From Nitrososphaerales archaeon (GTDB lineage Archaea > Thermoproteota > Nitrososphaeria > Nitrososphaerales > Nitrososphaeraceae), in NCBI GenBank assembly GCA_032155045.1, contig JALDXL010000001.1, forward strand, positions 1-46,700: a stretch of 46,700 nt of DNA, read 5' to 3'. The stretch's first letter is position 1; every line of letters begins with the position of its first letter. The position numbers and the translations under genes are program-made. The notes under the pieces were generated by a model. It was not told the DNA's origin. It searched no databases and was given only the letters and a program-made list of their open reading frames with translations. Shown here in pieces: positions 29,360 through 39,086 of this stretch.

Positions 29360-30370
29360 TTATTGTACTGCTAATGAATTTGTTTTATTGAAATGCTTGT
29401 TTAACTTTTTTTCACATTCACTTCCTTCAGGAGGGTTTAAATCTTCTCCTACCACACATGCATGAAATCTGTCTCCAACTTGTATTGGACCCATATCAGT
29501 ATTTCTGTCAAAAGCAAAAGTTCTACTTATTGTATATTTTCCTGTTTTATCAAATTCTTTTTGAACATTTTTAATACTTTCAGATTTGATTTGTCCTTTC
29601 AACATTGCAATAATCTTAATTTTTTTAGCATCTTTTCTGTCTTCCATTGGAACTAATATCTTTACTTTTACTGGTATGGTAATATCGTTATTATTGTCTT
29701 TATCATAACTTATTTCCTTTCCATATTGTTTAACTTCAGTATTTTTTGATGAGATTACTAGCCTTGTTGTCGTCAGTTTCTGAATTACTGTGTTTCTCAT
29801 TACCAAGAGTGGCAAAATATACCACTTGATCAGGTTTTGAATGCATCTCATAATAAGAATCTGTTTTATCGTAAACTAATGATTTTGATTGAAATAAATT
29901 TGCTTCAGATGGAGAACTAGTAGATTTGATATCACCTTCATTGCAATCAAAATATTCTATTGAATCTTTTTTATCACTAGATAGTGCCTTTTGGTTATTA
30001 AGATTGGTATAATGATATGCACATACAAAAAATTCATCGGGTGTACCAGCACTTATTCATTTTCTTTGTTCGTAACAAAATTAATTTTTATTTTCTTAGA
30101 TTTTTCATCTATTTTAGATAATGAAATATCCTTGCTAAATCCTTCTCCATTGATTGCACCAACTATTTTAATCATTCCAGTTTTTGATATATTTGCGATG
30201 TTAATCTCTGATACAACAACTAACTTATCCTTTTTATCGACTTCACCATTTTTTATTGTTATTTCTAAGTTTTTTGCTGACGCAGCATTTTGAAATGGCG
30301 AATCAGATACTACTGAAAGGCATAGAATGGATACACAAATTAGGAAAATAATCCCTAAATATCTTAGTAT
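29360..30370 (-). pseudogene. Secreted hypothetical protein broken by two frameshifts, lacking a canonical start codon
   Basis: Frame A 30370-30053: signal peptide ILRYLGIIFLICVSILCLSVV...ASA, ends TAA 30055-30053. Frame B continues SAGTPDEFFVCAY...YFDCNEGDI to TGA 29738-29736. Frame C is the C-terminal part of track ORF 29360..29851. Confidence 0.8.
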
Positions 30371-30779
30371 ATAAAAAACTGGTAAATTTTGAATTTAATA
30401 ATTTTGAAAATATTTTAGTAAATATAAAAAGTTGATAAATAAGTTAACGATTTCAATAGAACATAGGTCTATCCATATGTTAGAGGAGAACTAAAAAATA
30501 TCGAATTTGTTAAAAAAAGATAAAATTAGTAATTAAGAATAGTTTATAACTATAATTACCAATATTAATCGTCTATATATTTTTAATCGGTTATCTACTA
30601 TTATTTTATTTTGAAAAAGTATAATTATTTTCATTAGTGTTAATTTTCGATATTTGTTCGAAATTTAAAATATTGTTATTGAATAAACATTTTTAATAGT
30701 AATATTATGTCACCTATGACTAAGATTTTTTATTTTATAATTGATTTTATTTATAAAACATAAATTAAAAGAATAGTAT

Positions 30780-31483
30780 GATCTGTTAATTTAAGAAAAT
30801 ATCCTACTTCCAATTATTCAAAATCATTGCAATTTGTAACTATATAATCGGTAATAGGAAAAAATAATTATATAATGTTATGTACATGATATAGATTTTA
30901 TTTATTTCTAATTAATAGACCGTAATTATGAAAACTTTCGATTCTATCCTTAAAACAATGGGTATTCTTTCCATCAAACTCTTCTCTAATTGTGAGTAGA
31001 GATGATTATTTAATCTTGGTATATTATATGCTTCATGATACCATCTACCGTCATTTCTGTAAACTCTATGGCTTCAATATTTATCAAGTAAAGATCCAAC
31101 GAATTTGTCAATTACATATAGGATCCTATGTAATATAGATTTCAAGTATGGATGAATGAATTGATGGAATTCAATGCCCAAACAAAAAGTTCTTACTACC
31201 GAATTGAATAATTATTTTTTCTATTATGATTTCAAAAACTTTTACATCATAGATCTATAATTAACCAAACCTTTGTATCAAGTTCCGTACAGCAATATGA
31301 CTTTTTATCCATCTCTAAATATGACTAATACTTTAGATATATTAGGTAGACTAAAAACAAGAAAGTATGGATAAATGGAATATGTTACTATATCTGTTGA
31401 TATCATGTTTTTTATGAATTGAATAAACAGATATTGAAGATAAGACATTTAAAGCTAAATTTATCTCTTTAAATTAGCACAAA
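30780..31483 (-). mobile_element. Heavily decayed IS6-family insertion sequence with DDE transposase relic (ATG about 31448)
   Basis: Minus-strand remnants in canonical order: YSIYPYFLVFSL.NISKVL, HIAVRNLIQRFG, IIEKIIIQFG, IHSSILEIYI, FVGSLLDKY*SHRVYRNDGRWYHEA, LEKSLMER, FKDRIESFHNY, NLYHVHN; multiple stops/frameshifts; degenerate terminal inverted repeats. Confidence 0.85.
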
Positions 31484-31918
31484 AATTTTCATTATAAAAT
31501 TATATATTATATTCTTATTTTTTTGCCATATTTACAAAATGAATCTTAATAGACATTTCTTAAATCTAATGATCTAAGAATTTCTATCTATGGAAGATCT
31601 TAAGATTGTTAATGGAGATGGATCTCCGATTTTTTAAATATAAAAAATAATAGTATTTTGTTTTTATGGTTTTTGGTTATAAAATCTGATTAGTTTTTAT
31701 ATTATTATATATAAGAAACCATTTATAATGAATTCATTATAAAAATCGTTAGCTGGTTGCTTTTTATTAGCAGTTAATTACCAAAATCTATACTTGATCT
31801 TTTTTTACGAATATGTCAGATGCGTCAATATTATTGTATTGTAATTCCTTGTTTGCATATTCGCTCAAAAATTTTTCTTCTTTGTTTTGAATGGAGGTGC
31901 CTAGAAGCGAAGACTCTA

Positions 31919-31993
31919 TGCCGGAGGCGGGATTCGAGCCCGCGACCTTTCGATTATGAGTCGAACGCTCTAACCAAGCTGAGCCACTCCGGC
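31919..31993 (-). tRNA. tRNA-Met(CAT), elongator type, no intron
   Basis: GCCGGAG/CTCCGGC acceptor, D stem GCTC/GAGC, anticodon arm TTCGA-CTCATAA-TCGAA, T arm GCGGG-CTCGAAT-CCCGC; G1:C72 and no 3 G-C anticodon-stem pairs argue against initiator; Ile2(CAT) not fully excluded. Confidence 0.93.
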
Positions 31994-32150
31994 AAGCTCA
32001 GGAGCGTTATCTTCATGTTATTTCAGTTGTGGTATATATTCTATTAATATAAAATTAAAAAAAGGTCGAAAAATTGGTACCAATTATAAAAAAGAAATTG
32101 AATATTTCCGATAGAAATTATAGAAAAAAATCAGATACTAAAATGGAAGA

Positions 32151-33815
32151 TTAAGGTGATTCGATCCACATAAACTTCCTTTGTAATGTGGTTGTATAGA
32201 TTTTTTTCCAATCTAATTCTACATCGTCCAACCAGTTTTTCATAACTCTTGGATCGATATAATTCCTTAATGATGTTCCTAAGTTATAATCACGCGTTTC
32301 ATTTTGTAATTTTAATTGGTATTGAATTTTTTCAATACGAGATTCTAATTTTTGTTTCTGTTTTTCTGTTTTCCATTTTTTTGAATTTATATCATTTCTT
32401 AATTTCCTTATTAATTCTTCTTTTTTGTTAATTGATTCACTAAATCTTTCTAAAGCTTTTTTGCTTGCCGGATTATTAGGATCAATCCCCTTTTTATGAT
32501 TACAGGCAATTGCTGCTTTTAGATTTGCAATTCTCGCAATATAAATTTTTTTAGGTTCTGATGCGAGTTCATTAACTACAATCGGAGGATCCTTTAAAGC
32601 TTCTCTTACTATTTTCGTAGCAAGATATGTTCTAAATACTTTTGCCGTTAAGCCCGGAACATTTGTAGGATCAATTTTTCTTAAAAAAGCATTGACTTTT
32701 GAAGAGTTTATGTTATCGAAAATTTCGCTATCATTTTGTTTGTTTTTCATAAATAATTTAAGATTATTACATAATCCTTTTGTGTCTATAGAATTTATTT
32801 CTACAGTTTTCTGCCATGGTACACTATCTTTTCCAAGAAAGTTGAATTCTATGTACTCTTTACCATTTTTTTCTGGAAATCTAATATGCTCAACTCTTAG
32901 AGTAGAGGCGCCCACAGTATCTGCTTCATCTTTGTCTTTTTCATCACCAACTCTCATGGCTAATTTGAGTATAAGAAAACAAACTGTTGCAACTTTTCGT
33001 TGATTTAGATCTTTAGAGTGAATCATTTTGTTAATTATTTCCTTCTGAACTTTAGTGGCAAATTTTTCTAATTTTATTGCTTTATCATATTTTTCTCGAT
33101 CAGTATTTTGTTTTAAGAATGCTGAATCATGTAACCAAACATATTTCCTTTTTTCTGTTAGTTTTTCTGTCCATGTTGCAAGCCAAGTAGATGAACGATC
33201 ATGTACAATATTTTTCCATGCACCTTCAGGGACAGAGGCATCTTCGCCTAAATTTAAGATTACATCCTGTTGTGTTATTCGAGGTTTCCATCTACCACGA
33301 AGTGGATGGAGACCTCTTCCCATAAACAAACCAGGCGGTTCAATTAACCAATTCCCTACCTCTACTTCAAAACCATCTACTCGTGCCTTTCCGTAAAATT
33401 GCTTAAGCTTCTCTTTTTCTTGTTTCTTAACATCTAACATCTTCTTTCGTTCTTCTTTTGGTAGGGTTCGGAGTCGTTCTTTCTCTAGAATCTTCTGTTT
33501 AATTTCATTATCAACAAATTTAAAAATATCAGAGAAATCAATTTCATTAATGGTTTGGATATTATGAAATTGTTGAGGTAAGACTTTTTTTAGATCATTC
33601 AAGAAATTATTCTGGAAGAGAGAATCTTTTATATAATGAGTATCTTTCTTTTTTGCCCATGCATAAACTATTTCTTCTTGTTCAGTATTTAGAATTATTT
33701 TTTCACTATTAATACGAATACTTAAGCCTATTAAACGATGGGATGGAGGAAAAGCTACTCCATTATGCTCTAAAGATTTCCATTTCGAAGTTTTTTCCGC
33801 AGAATTTGACACCAA
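32151..33815 (-). CDS. DNA topoisomerase IB (eukaryote-like, thaumarchaeal)
   Basis: KW.SLEHNGV.F, EPPGLF.GRG.HP, catalytic R (MRVG.EK), K (FLGKDS), R (AKVFRTY), H (CNH), Y (GTS..NYIDPR). Confidence 0.97.
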   Translation of the reverse strand: MVSNSAEKTSKWKSLEHNGVAFPPSHRLIGLSIRINSEKIILNTEQEEIVYAWAKKKDTHYIKDSLFQNNFLNDLKKVLPQQFHNIQTINEIDFSDIFKFVDNEIKQKILEKERLRTLPKEERKKMLDVKKQEKEKLKQFYGKARVDGFEVEVGNWLIEPPGLFMGRGLHPLRGRWKPRITQQDVILNLGEDASVPEGAWKNIVHDRSSTWLATWTEKLTEKRKYVWLHDSAFLKQNTDREKYDKAIKLEKFATKVQKEIINKMIHSKDLNQRKVATVCFLILKLAMRVGDEKDKDEADTVGASTLRVEHIRFPEKNGKEYIEFNFLGKDSVPWQKTVEINSIDTKGLCNNLKLFMKNKQNDSEIFDNINSSKVNAFLRKIDPTNVPGLTAKVFRTYLATKIVREALKDPPIVVNELASEPKKIYIARIANLKAAIACNHKKGIDPNNPASKKALERFSESINKKEELIRKLRNDINSKKWKTEKQKQKLESRIEKIQYQLKLQNETRDYNLGTSLRNYIDPRVMKNWLDDVELDWKKIYTTTLQRKFMWIESP

Positions 33816-33913
33816 ATAATTACAAATTTAATGGTCGTATTTTACTATTGATAAATCTTACCAATAACAAAGACATACTTCACATATACAAACAATCACT
33901 AAAAAGAAGAGTT

Positions 33914-35164
33914 TTAATTATTTGTTTTTTTGTATCTAAAACTATCTAGTTTAATCAATTCATGATAGGAACCAAAATTTTGAGGGTCTGTTTGATCAAG
34001 CAATTCTTCTTGCATATAATTATCTTTTGAAAATAATTTTAAGATTTTGTATGATGATGATCTTTGTGCTGGTGTTTTTCCAATTTCATGAGCTAACTTT
34101 CGGATTTCTCTAGGTTTTAATAATTGACCAAAAGAAGCACCTGCTGATGTTGAAATACTTTCATTGATCAATGTACCGCCCAAATCATTTACCCCTGCCT
34201 CCAATAAGATCTGTGCCATTCTTTGGCCTTCCTTTACCCACGATACTTGAATGTTATCTATTTGATTATAAAGAAAAATTCTTGAAATTGCGTGCATTTT
34301 TATTACATCGCTTCCGGTTGGTCCATTTCTTAAATTTTTAACAAGATCTTTATTATACATAGGTGCCTCACTGTGAACAAAACTTAATGGAACAAATTCC
34401 GTGAACCCATTTGTCTCTTTTTGGATATTTCTTATTGTTGTAAGATGTTTCACTATATCTGAATATGTTTCCAAATGACCATACATAATAGTAGAAGTAG
34501 ATTTAATTCCTATAGAATGTGCATATTTAATTATTTTTATCCAATCTTTTACAGATATTCTACCCGGCGAAATTATATCTCTAATTTTTTGATCTAAAAT
34601 TTCGGCAGCAGTACCTGGAATACTGTCTAATCCTGCTTCCTTAAGCATTTGTAGATAAAGTTCTATAGAACAATTAGATCTTTTGGCACCATATAGAATT
34701 TCTTCTGGAGAAAAAGCATGTATATGGATGTTTGGAAGCTCTTTTTTAATAGATTTACAGATATCTAAATACAAATTACCGTCCATTTTTGGTGGAAGCC
34801 CAGCTTGAATACAAATTTCTGTTGCTCCTAATTTTTCTGCTTCTTTTGCCCTTCTTATAATTTCAGAAATAGGTAAAAAATACCCTTCTTCTTCTCTGAA
34901 ATCTCTACTAAATGCACAAAAACCACATCTTTTAATACAAACATTTGTGAAATTTATATTTCTGTTAATTACATATGTTACTAGATTACCTTTTTTTCTT
35001 TTACAAAGATAATTGGCAACTGCAACAATCAAATTCAATTCTATTCCTTTTGAATTGAATAATTCTATTGCGTCTAGCTCTGAAACAGTTTTTCCATCGA
35101 TCGTTTTATCTAATATATTCGAAATAATCGGATCTATTCTTTTTAGAAAACTATCAACATTCAA
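33914..35164 (-). CDS. cofH: FO synthase subunit 2 (F420 biosynthesis)
   Basis: TYV.NRNINFTNVC...CGFCAF, PGTAAEIL, TIMYGH, TGGFTEFVPL-like, NIQ.SWVK.G, NDLGGTL.NESIS..AG. Confidence 0.95.
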   Translation of the reverse strand: MNVDSFLKRIDPIISNILDKTIDGKTVSELDAIELFNSKGIELNLIVAVANYLCKRKKGNLVTYVINRNINFTNVCIKRCGFCAFSRDFREEEGYFLPISEIIRRAKEAEKLGATEICIQAGLPPKMDGNLYLDICKSIKKELPNIHIHAFSPEEILYGAKRSNCSIELYLQMLKEAGLDSIPGTAAEILDQKIRDIISPGRISVKDWIKIIKYAHSIGIKSTSTIMYGHLETYSDIVKHLTTIRNIQKETNGFTEFVPLSFVHSEAPMYNKDLVKNLRNGPTGSDVIKMHAISRIFLYNQIDNIQVSWVKEGQRMAQILLEAGVNDLGGTLINESISTSAGASFGQLLKPREIRKLAHEIGKTPAQRSSSYKILKLFSKDNYMQEELLDQTDPQNFGSYHELIKLDSFRYKKTNN

Positions 35165-36350
35165 CTAAATAATCCTCTTTTACTAACCCATCCTCATCAA
35201 TAATATTGTCAATTTGCTTCCTTAAATCTGGAGAAATAAATCCTTCTTTCTCTATATATTCGGGATATATTGGCAATCTAGCACGTAACTTTTGGTGCTT
35301 TGATGCAGTAACATCTTTTAGTTCATTTATTTTTGGCCATGAAAATTCAGGATTTACATGATCAATTGTTACTGGCGATATACCTCCCCAATCATTGATT
35401 CCGGCATCAATGAATTTGCCATAATACCAAGGAGATAAATTTGGTGGTATTTGAATATTCATATCAGGCATTATCAAACGTGCCAATGATACTATTTTGA
35501 GATAATATTCTTTTGTAGGTGATGAAACATTTTGCATTTTAGTATTTATTTTGGGTTGAAAATTTTGCAATATAATTTCCTGAATATTTCCAAATTCTTT
35601 TTGTATTTGTTTAAGTAGAAAAATATCATTTATTATTTCTTCTTTATTCTCTCCAATTCCTATTAAAAGACCAGTAGTTATAGGTATTTTCAATCTTCCT
35701 GCATTCTTAATTATTTCAATTCTATTTTTAGGATTTTTACTAGGTGCGAACTCATGGGCCATACCTTTCTGCACAAGCCTTTCACTAGAAGATTCTAACA
35801 TCAATCCTAGGCTTACATTATGATGTTTAAGTAGTTTCATTTCTTCCTTTGAAACATTACCAAGATTAGAATGTGGTAATAGTCCTGTCTCTCGTACAAT
35901 TTTTTCTGAGATACTAATTACATAATCTACGAAAGAACTATAGCCTTCTTGTTTTATCCATTCCCTGGCTTCTTTATATCGATCTTCTGGTTTTTCCCCT
36001 GAAACTATTAATGCTTCGGTGCATTTATACTGTTTTCCTATTCTTGCTAGATTCAACACTTCTGAAGGCTTCATCATGATAGATGATGATTCAAATGGAT
36101 TTTTACGGTAAGTACAATATGAACAAAAGTCTCGACACAGATTTGTTATATTAATAAAAATTTTTCTAGAGTAGGTAATAACATCTTTTTTGAAATGATT
36201 TTTTAGAAATAATGCTAAATTCAATATTGGAATAAATTCATCATGTTCTAAAAGATAAAGAGCATCAACTTTTGAGAGATTATTATGATCTTTACATTGT
36301 TCAAGAATTTCATAAAGTAATTTGTCTTTAATAGAAATTTCTGTATTCAA
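35154..36350 (-). CDS. cofG: FO synthase subunit 1 (F420 biosynthesis)
   Basis: ITYS..IFI..T..CRD.C.YC.Y, GLLPH.N.G, SLGLMLE, TTGLLIGIGE, QIPPNL, AGINDWGGISP.T.DH.NPE. Confidence 0.95.
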   Translation of the reverse strand: MNTEISIKDKLLYEILEQCKDHNNLSKVDALYLLEHDEFIPILNLALFLKNHFKKDVITYSRKIFINITNLCRDFCSYCTYRKNPFESSSIMMKPSEVLNLARIGKQYKCTEALIVSGEKPEDRYKEAREWIKQEGYSSFVDYVISISEKIVRETGLLPHSNLGNVSKEEMKLLKHHNVSLGLMLESSSERLVQKGMAHEFAPSKNPKNRIEIIKNAGRLKIPITTGLLIGIGENKEEIINDIFLLKQIQKEFGNIQEIILQNFQPKINTKMQNVSSPTKEYYLKIVSLARLIMPDMNIQIPPNLSPWYYGKFIDAGINDWGGISPVTIDHVNPEFSWPKINELKDVTASKHQKLRARLPIYPEYIEKEGFISPDLRKQIDNIIDEDGLVKEDYLVEC

Positions 36351-36439
36351 CTTACTAACATAAATATATAAAGTAATTTATTTTAATTTTGTTAAATATT
36401 ATAGGAAACATCATATATTCAATGTTCAAAAATAAATAC

Positions 36440-36757
36440 ATGAGTGAATCTAATAATAATAACAATAATTCTAATATTAATAAAGATATAAAATATATTG
36501 TTCCAATAAATTTAACTGAAAAAGCTATCCGGCTTGATGAAAAAGTAAAAAATGAATTAAAAAGTATTGGAATGATGGATGAAAAAGGAAAGCTTAAATT
36601 GAAGGGTGTAAGTCCAAAAATGCTCAAGAGAATGAAATTGGAGTCAGTAGACTGTCCTGTTTTACAAAAAGAAATATCTTTTATACCATGTTACGTTTGT
36701 AAGAACTTTCATAGTAGAATATCAGGTAAAGTATATTGTCGTGGTGAACCCTTATAA
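36440..36757 (+). CDS. Hypothetical small metal-binding protein (ATG 36440 preferred; ORF open from 36389)
   Basis: VDCPV......F..CYVC.NF..R..G.V.C.G; N-terminal poly-Asn. Confidence 0.8.
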   Translation: MSESNNNNNNSNINKDIKYIVPINLTEKAIRLDEKVKNELKSIGMMDEKGKLKLKGVSPKMLKRMKLESVDCPVLQKEISFIPCYVCKNFHSRISGKVYCRGEPL

Positions 36758-36784
36758 GCGTATGAATAAAATTAAGGGATTTTA

Positions 36785-38233
36785 TTGGCAGAAATTAAAG
36801 AAATAGGAATAACAACCAAAAAAAACGAAGATTTTAGTGAATGGTATACTCAAGTGGTGACAAAAGCAGGTTTAATTGATTATTCTCCTGTTAAAGGTTT
36901 TATCATACTCAAGCCATATGGATACAAGATTTGGGAAATAATTAAAGAAATTTTGGATAAAAAATTAAAAGAATCTGGTCATGAGAATGGATTTCTTCCT
37001 ATATTGATTCCTGAAAGTCTTTTAACTAAGGAAAAAAATCATTTTAAAGGATTTAATCCAGAAGTTTTCTGGGTTTCCAAAGCTGGGAATAACGAATTAA
37101 TTGACAAGTTAGCAGTACGGCCTACATCAGAAACTCTAGCATATCAAATCTTCTCTAAATGGATACGAAGTTACCGAGATCTCCCATTAAAGATAAATTT
37201 TTGGAATTCTGCTCTAAGAGCAGAAATTAAAGCTACGAAGCCATTAATTAGAAACTCAGAGTTTCTCTGGCAAGAAGGACATACTGTACATGAAAATAGT
37301 CAAAAAGCTGAAGAAGAAGTTTTCTTAATACTAAGTCTTTATCAGGAGTTTATAGAAAATTTTCTTGCTATCCCTACTATCAAAGGATTAAAAACGGATA
37401 AAGAAAAATTTGTTGGAGCTTTATACACTACAACACTGGAATCTCTTATGCCAGATGGCAAAGCGTTACAAATGGCTACATCCCATAACTTGGGTCAAAA
37501 TTTTGCAAAACCATTTGAAATACGTTTTTTAGATCGTGATTCGAAACACTATTTTGGATGGCAAACTTCTTGGGGTTTATCATGGCGAGTAATAGGGGCA
37601 CTAGTTATGATGCATGGGGATGATAAAGGATTGATACTACCACCTAAAATTGCTCCAATTCAGGTTGTTATTGTACCAATTTTCAAGAATAAAGATCGAG
37701 ATATAGTTATCGAAGAATCAAAAAAACTGTTAGATGAACTAAAGCAAAAAGAATTAAGAGTTCTTCTAGATGATAGAGACGAATACACAGCAGGTTGGAA
37801 ATTTAACGATTGGGAAATAAAAGGTGTACCACTGAGAATTAATATCGGTATAAGAGATATAAAAAATAAAAAAATTGAGCTAGTTAGAAGGGATACTGGA
37901 GAGAAAATAGTCATGGATAGAGAGATTTGTTCTGATCGTATTTTCTCTTTCCTTTCTCTAACCCAAAACTTTCTTTATGATAATGCGAAAGAAAGACAAA
38001 ATAATGATACAATAAATACGACGAACTACGACGAAATGAAGAATATTCTAAAAAATAAAGGCGGATTTATTCTTGCTAATTGGTGCGAAAATGAAGAATG
38101 TGAAAATAATATAAAAAATGACACAGGTGCGGATATACGACTTGTTAAATTTGAAAAATTAGATTCAAATGGTAAATGCATATATTGCAATACTGATTCG
38201 GAAAAAACGGTTATTTTTGCCAAGGCCTATTAA
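36785..38233 (+). CDS. proS: Prolyl-tRNA synthetase (archaeal/eukaryal type)
   Basis: FSEWY, RPTSET, R..EFLWQEGHT, LQ.ATSH.LGQNF, SWG.S.R, HGDD.GL.LPP, C-terminal FAKAY. Confidence 0.97.
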   Translation: MAEIKEIGITTKKNEDFSEWYTQVVTKAGLIDYSPVKGFIILKPYGYKIWEIIKEILDKKLKESGHENGFLPILIPESLLTKEKNHFKGFNPEVFWVSKAGNNELIDKLAVRPTSETLAYQIFSKWIRSYRDLPLKINFWNSALRAEIKATKPLIRNSEFLWQEGHTVHENSQKAEEEVFLILSLYQEFIENFLAIPTIKGLKTDKEKFVGALYTTTLESLMPDGKALQMATSHNLGQNFAKPFEIRFLDRDSKHYFGWQTSWGLSWRVIGALVMMHGDDKGLILPPKIAPIQVVIVPIFKNKDRDIVIEESKKLLDELKQKELRVLLDDRDEYTAGWKFNDWEIKGVPLRINIGIRDIKNKKIELVRRDTGEKIVMDREICSDRIFSFLSLTQNFLYDNAKERQNNDTINTTNYDEMKNILKNKGGFILANWCENEECENNIKNDTGADIRLVKFEKLDSNGKCIYCNTDSEKTVIFAKAY

Positions 38234-38355
38234 GACTATATTTTGTATTTTTTCTAAATCTTAATAATTTAAAATCGAGATTATAATTGCTGATAATTTG
38301 TTTAAAATTATTGAATTAAATTACACATAAAATAATTAAACTGGAGGGTTATTAT

Positions 38356-39033
38356 TTGGATGGAATTGAAAACATACTCTCTCTTTTTGACTTTGGCTAT
38401 CAAGAGTATGGATATATCGGTATTTTGATTTTTACTTTTTTTGCTAGTATAATCCCCCTTATTCCTGTTCCATACTTTCCTATCTTATTTACAGCAGGAA
38501 TAAATCAAAATCTGGATCCTCATTTGATATCCTTATCAAGTGCATTGGGAGCAGTAATAGCAAAGTTAATTATTTTTTATGGCAGCTATTATGGAAGGAA
38601 TATTTTAAGTTCAAAAACAAAAAAACGTATGCTTCCTCTACAAAAACTATTATCAAAATATGGAAGTGCTGGTGCATTTATTGCAGCATTGACACCAATT
38701 CCAGATGATTTAGTATATATCCCCCTAGGATTATCGAGATACAATCCTGCTAAATTTGTAATAGCTACTTTCACTGGTAAATTTATTCAAAATGAATTTA
38801 TTGTATTTGGTAGTGTATTTTTTGGAAGGCCAGTAGTAGATCTTTTAACTTCAAAAAATACTGATCCAATCTATCTCTATATAAGTATTGTAGTTAGTGT
38901 TAGTATATTGATTTTAATAATAATATTATATTTAAGAATAGATTGGGGAAAGATTATTGGTAGATGGTTTCCGTGGACGTTGGATAATACTGATAATGAT
39001 AATGGTAACAGTGAAACTGTAAATAAAAAATAA
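38356..39033 (+). CDS. DedA/VTT (SNARE-associated) membrane protein
   Basis: Multiple TM segments; F.AALTPIPDD..YIPLG..RY...KF......GK. Confidence 0.88.
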   Translation: MDGIENILSLFDFGYQEYGYIGILIFTFFASIIPLIPVPYFPILFTAGINQNLDPHLISLSSALGAVIAKLIIFYGSYYGRNILSSKTKKRMLPLQKLLSKYGSAGAFIAALTPIPDDLVYIPLGLSRYNPAKFVIATFTGKFIQNEFIVFGSVFFGRPVVDLLTSKNTDPIYLYISIVVSVSILILIIILYLRIDWGKIIGRWFPWTLDNTDNDNGNSETVNKK

Positions 39034-39086
39034 TTACATTTGCAAAACAAAGAAATACACAATAGTTTGATTGGAGGAAGTAAGGA

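Noticed and set aside
29991-30293. 100-aa plus-strand ORF
   Set aside because: Antisense shadow of the minus-strand pseudogene N-terminus
31117-31128. Palindrome ATAGGATCCTAT
   Set aside because: Lies inside the decayed IS6 coding relic; probably incidental
27000-31918. attL/attR duplication of the tRNA-Met 3' end or an integrase gene
   Set aside because: No copy of TGCCGGAGGCGGG or tyrosine-recombinase motifs seen by eye, so an integrated element is not supported
31820-32047. 75-aa ORF
   Set aside because: Antisense translation across the tRNA-Met gene
36452-36469. (AAT)n microsatellite encoding poly-Asn
   Set aside because: In-frame low-complexity tract common in AT-rich genomes; cannot cause phase variation by frameshift
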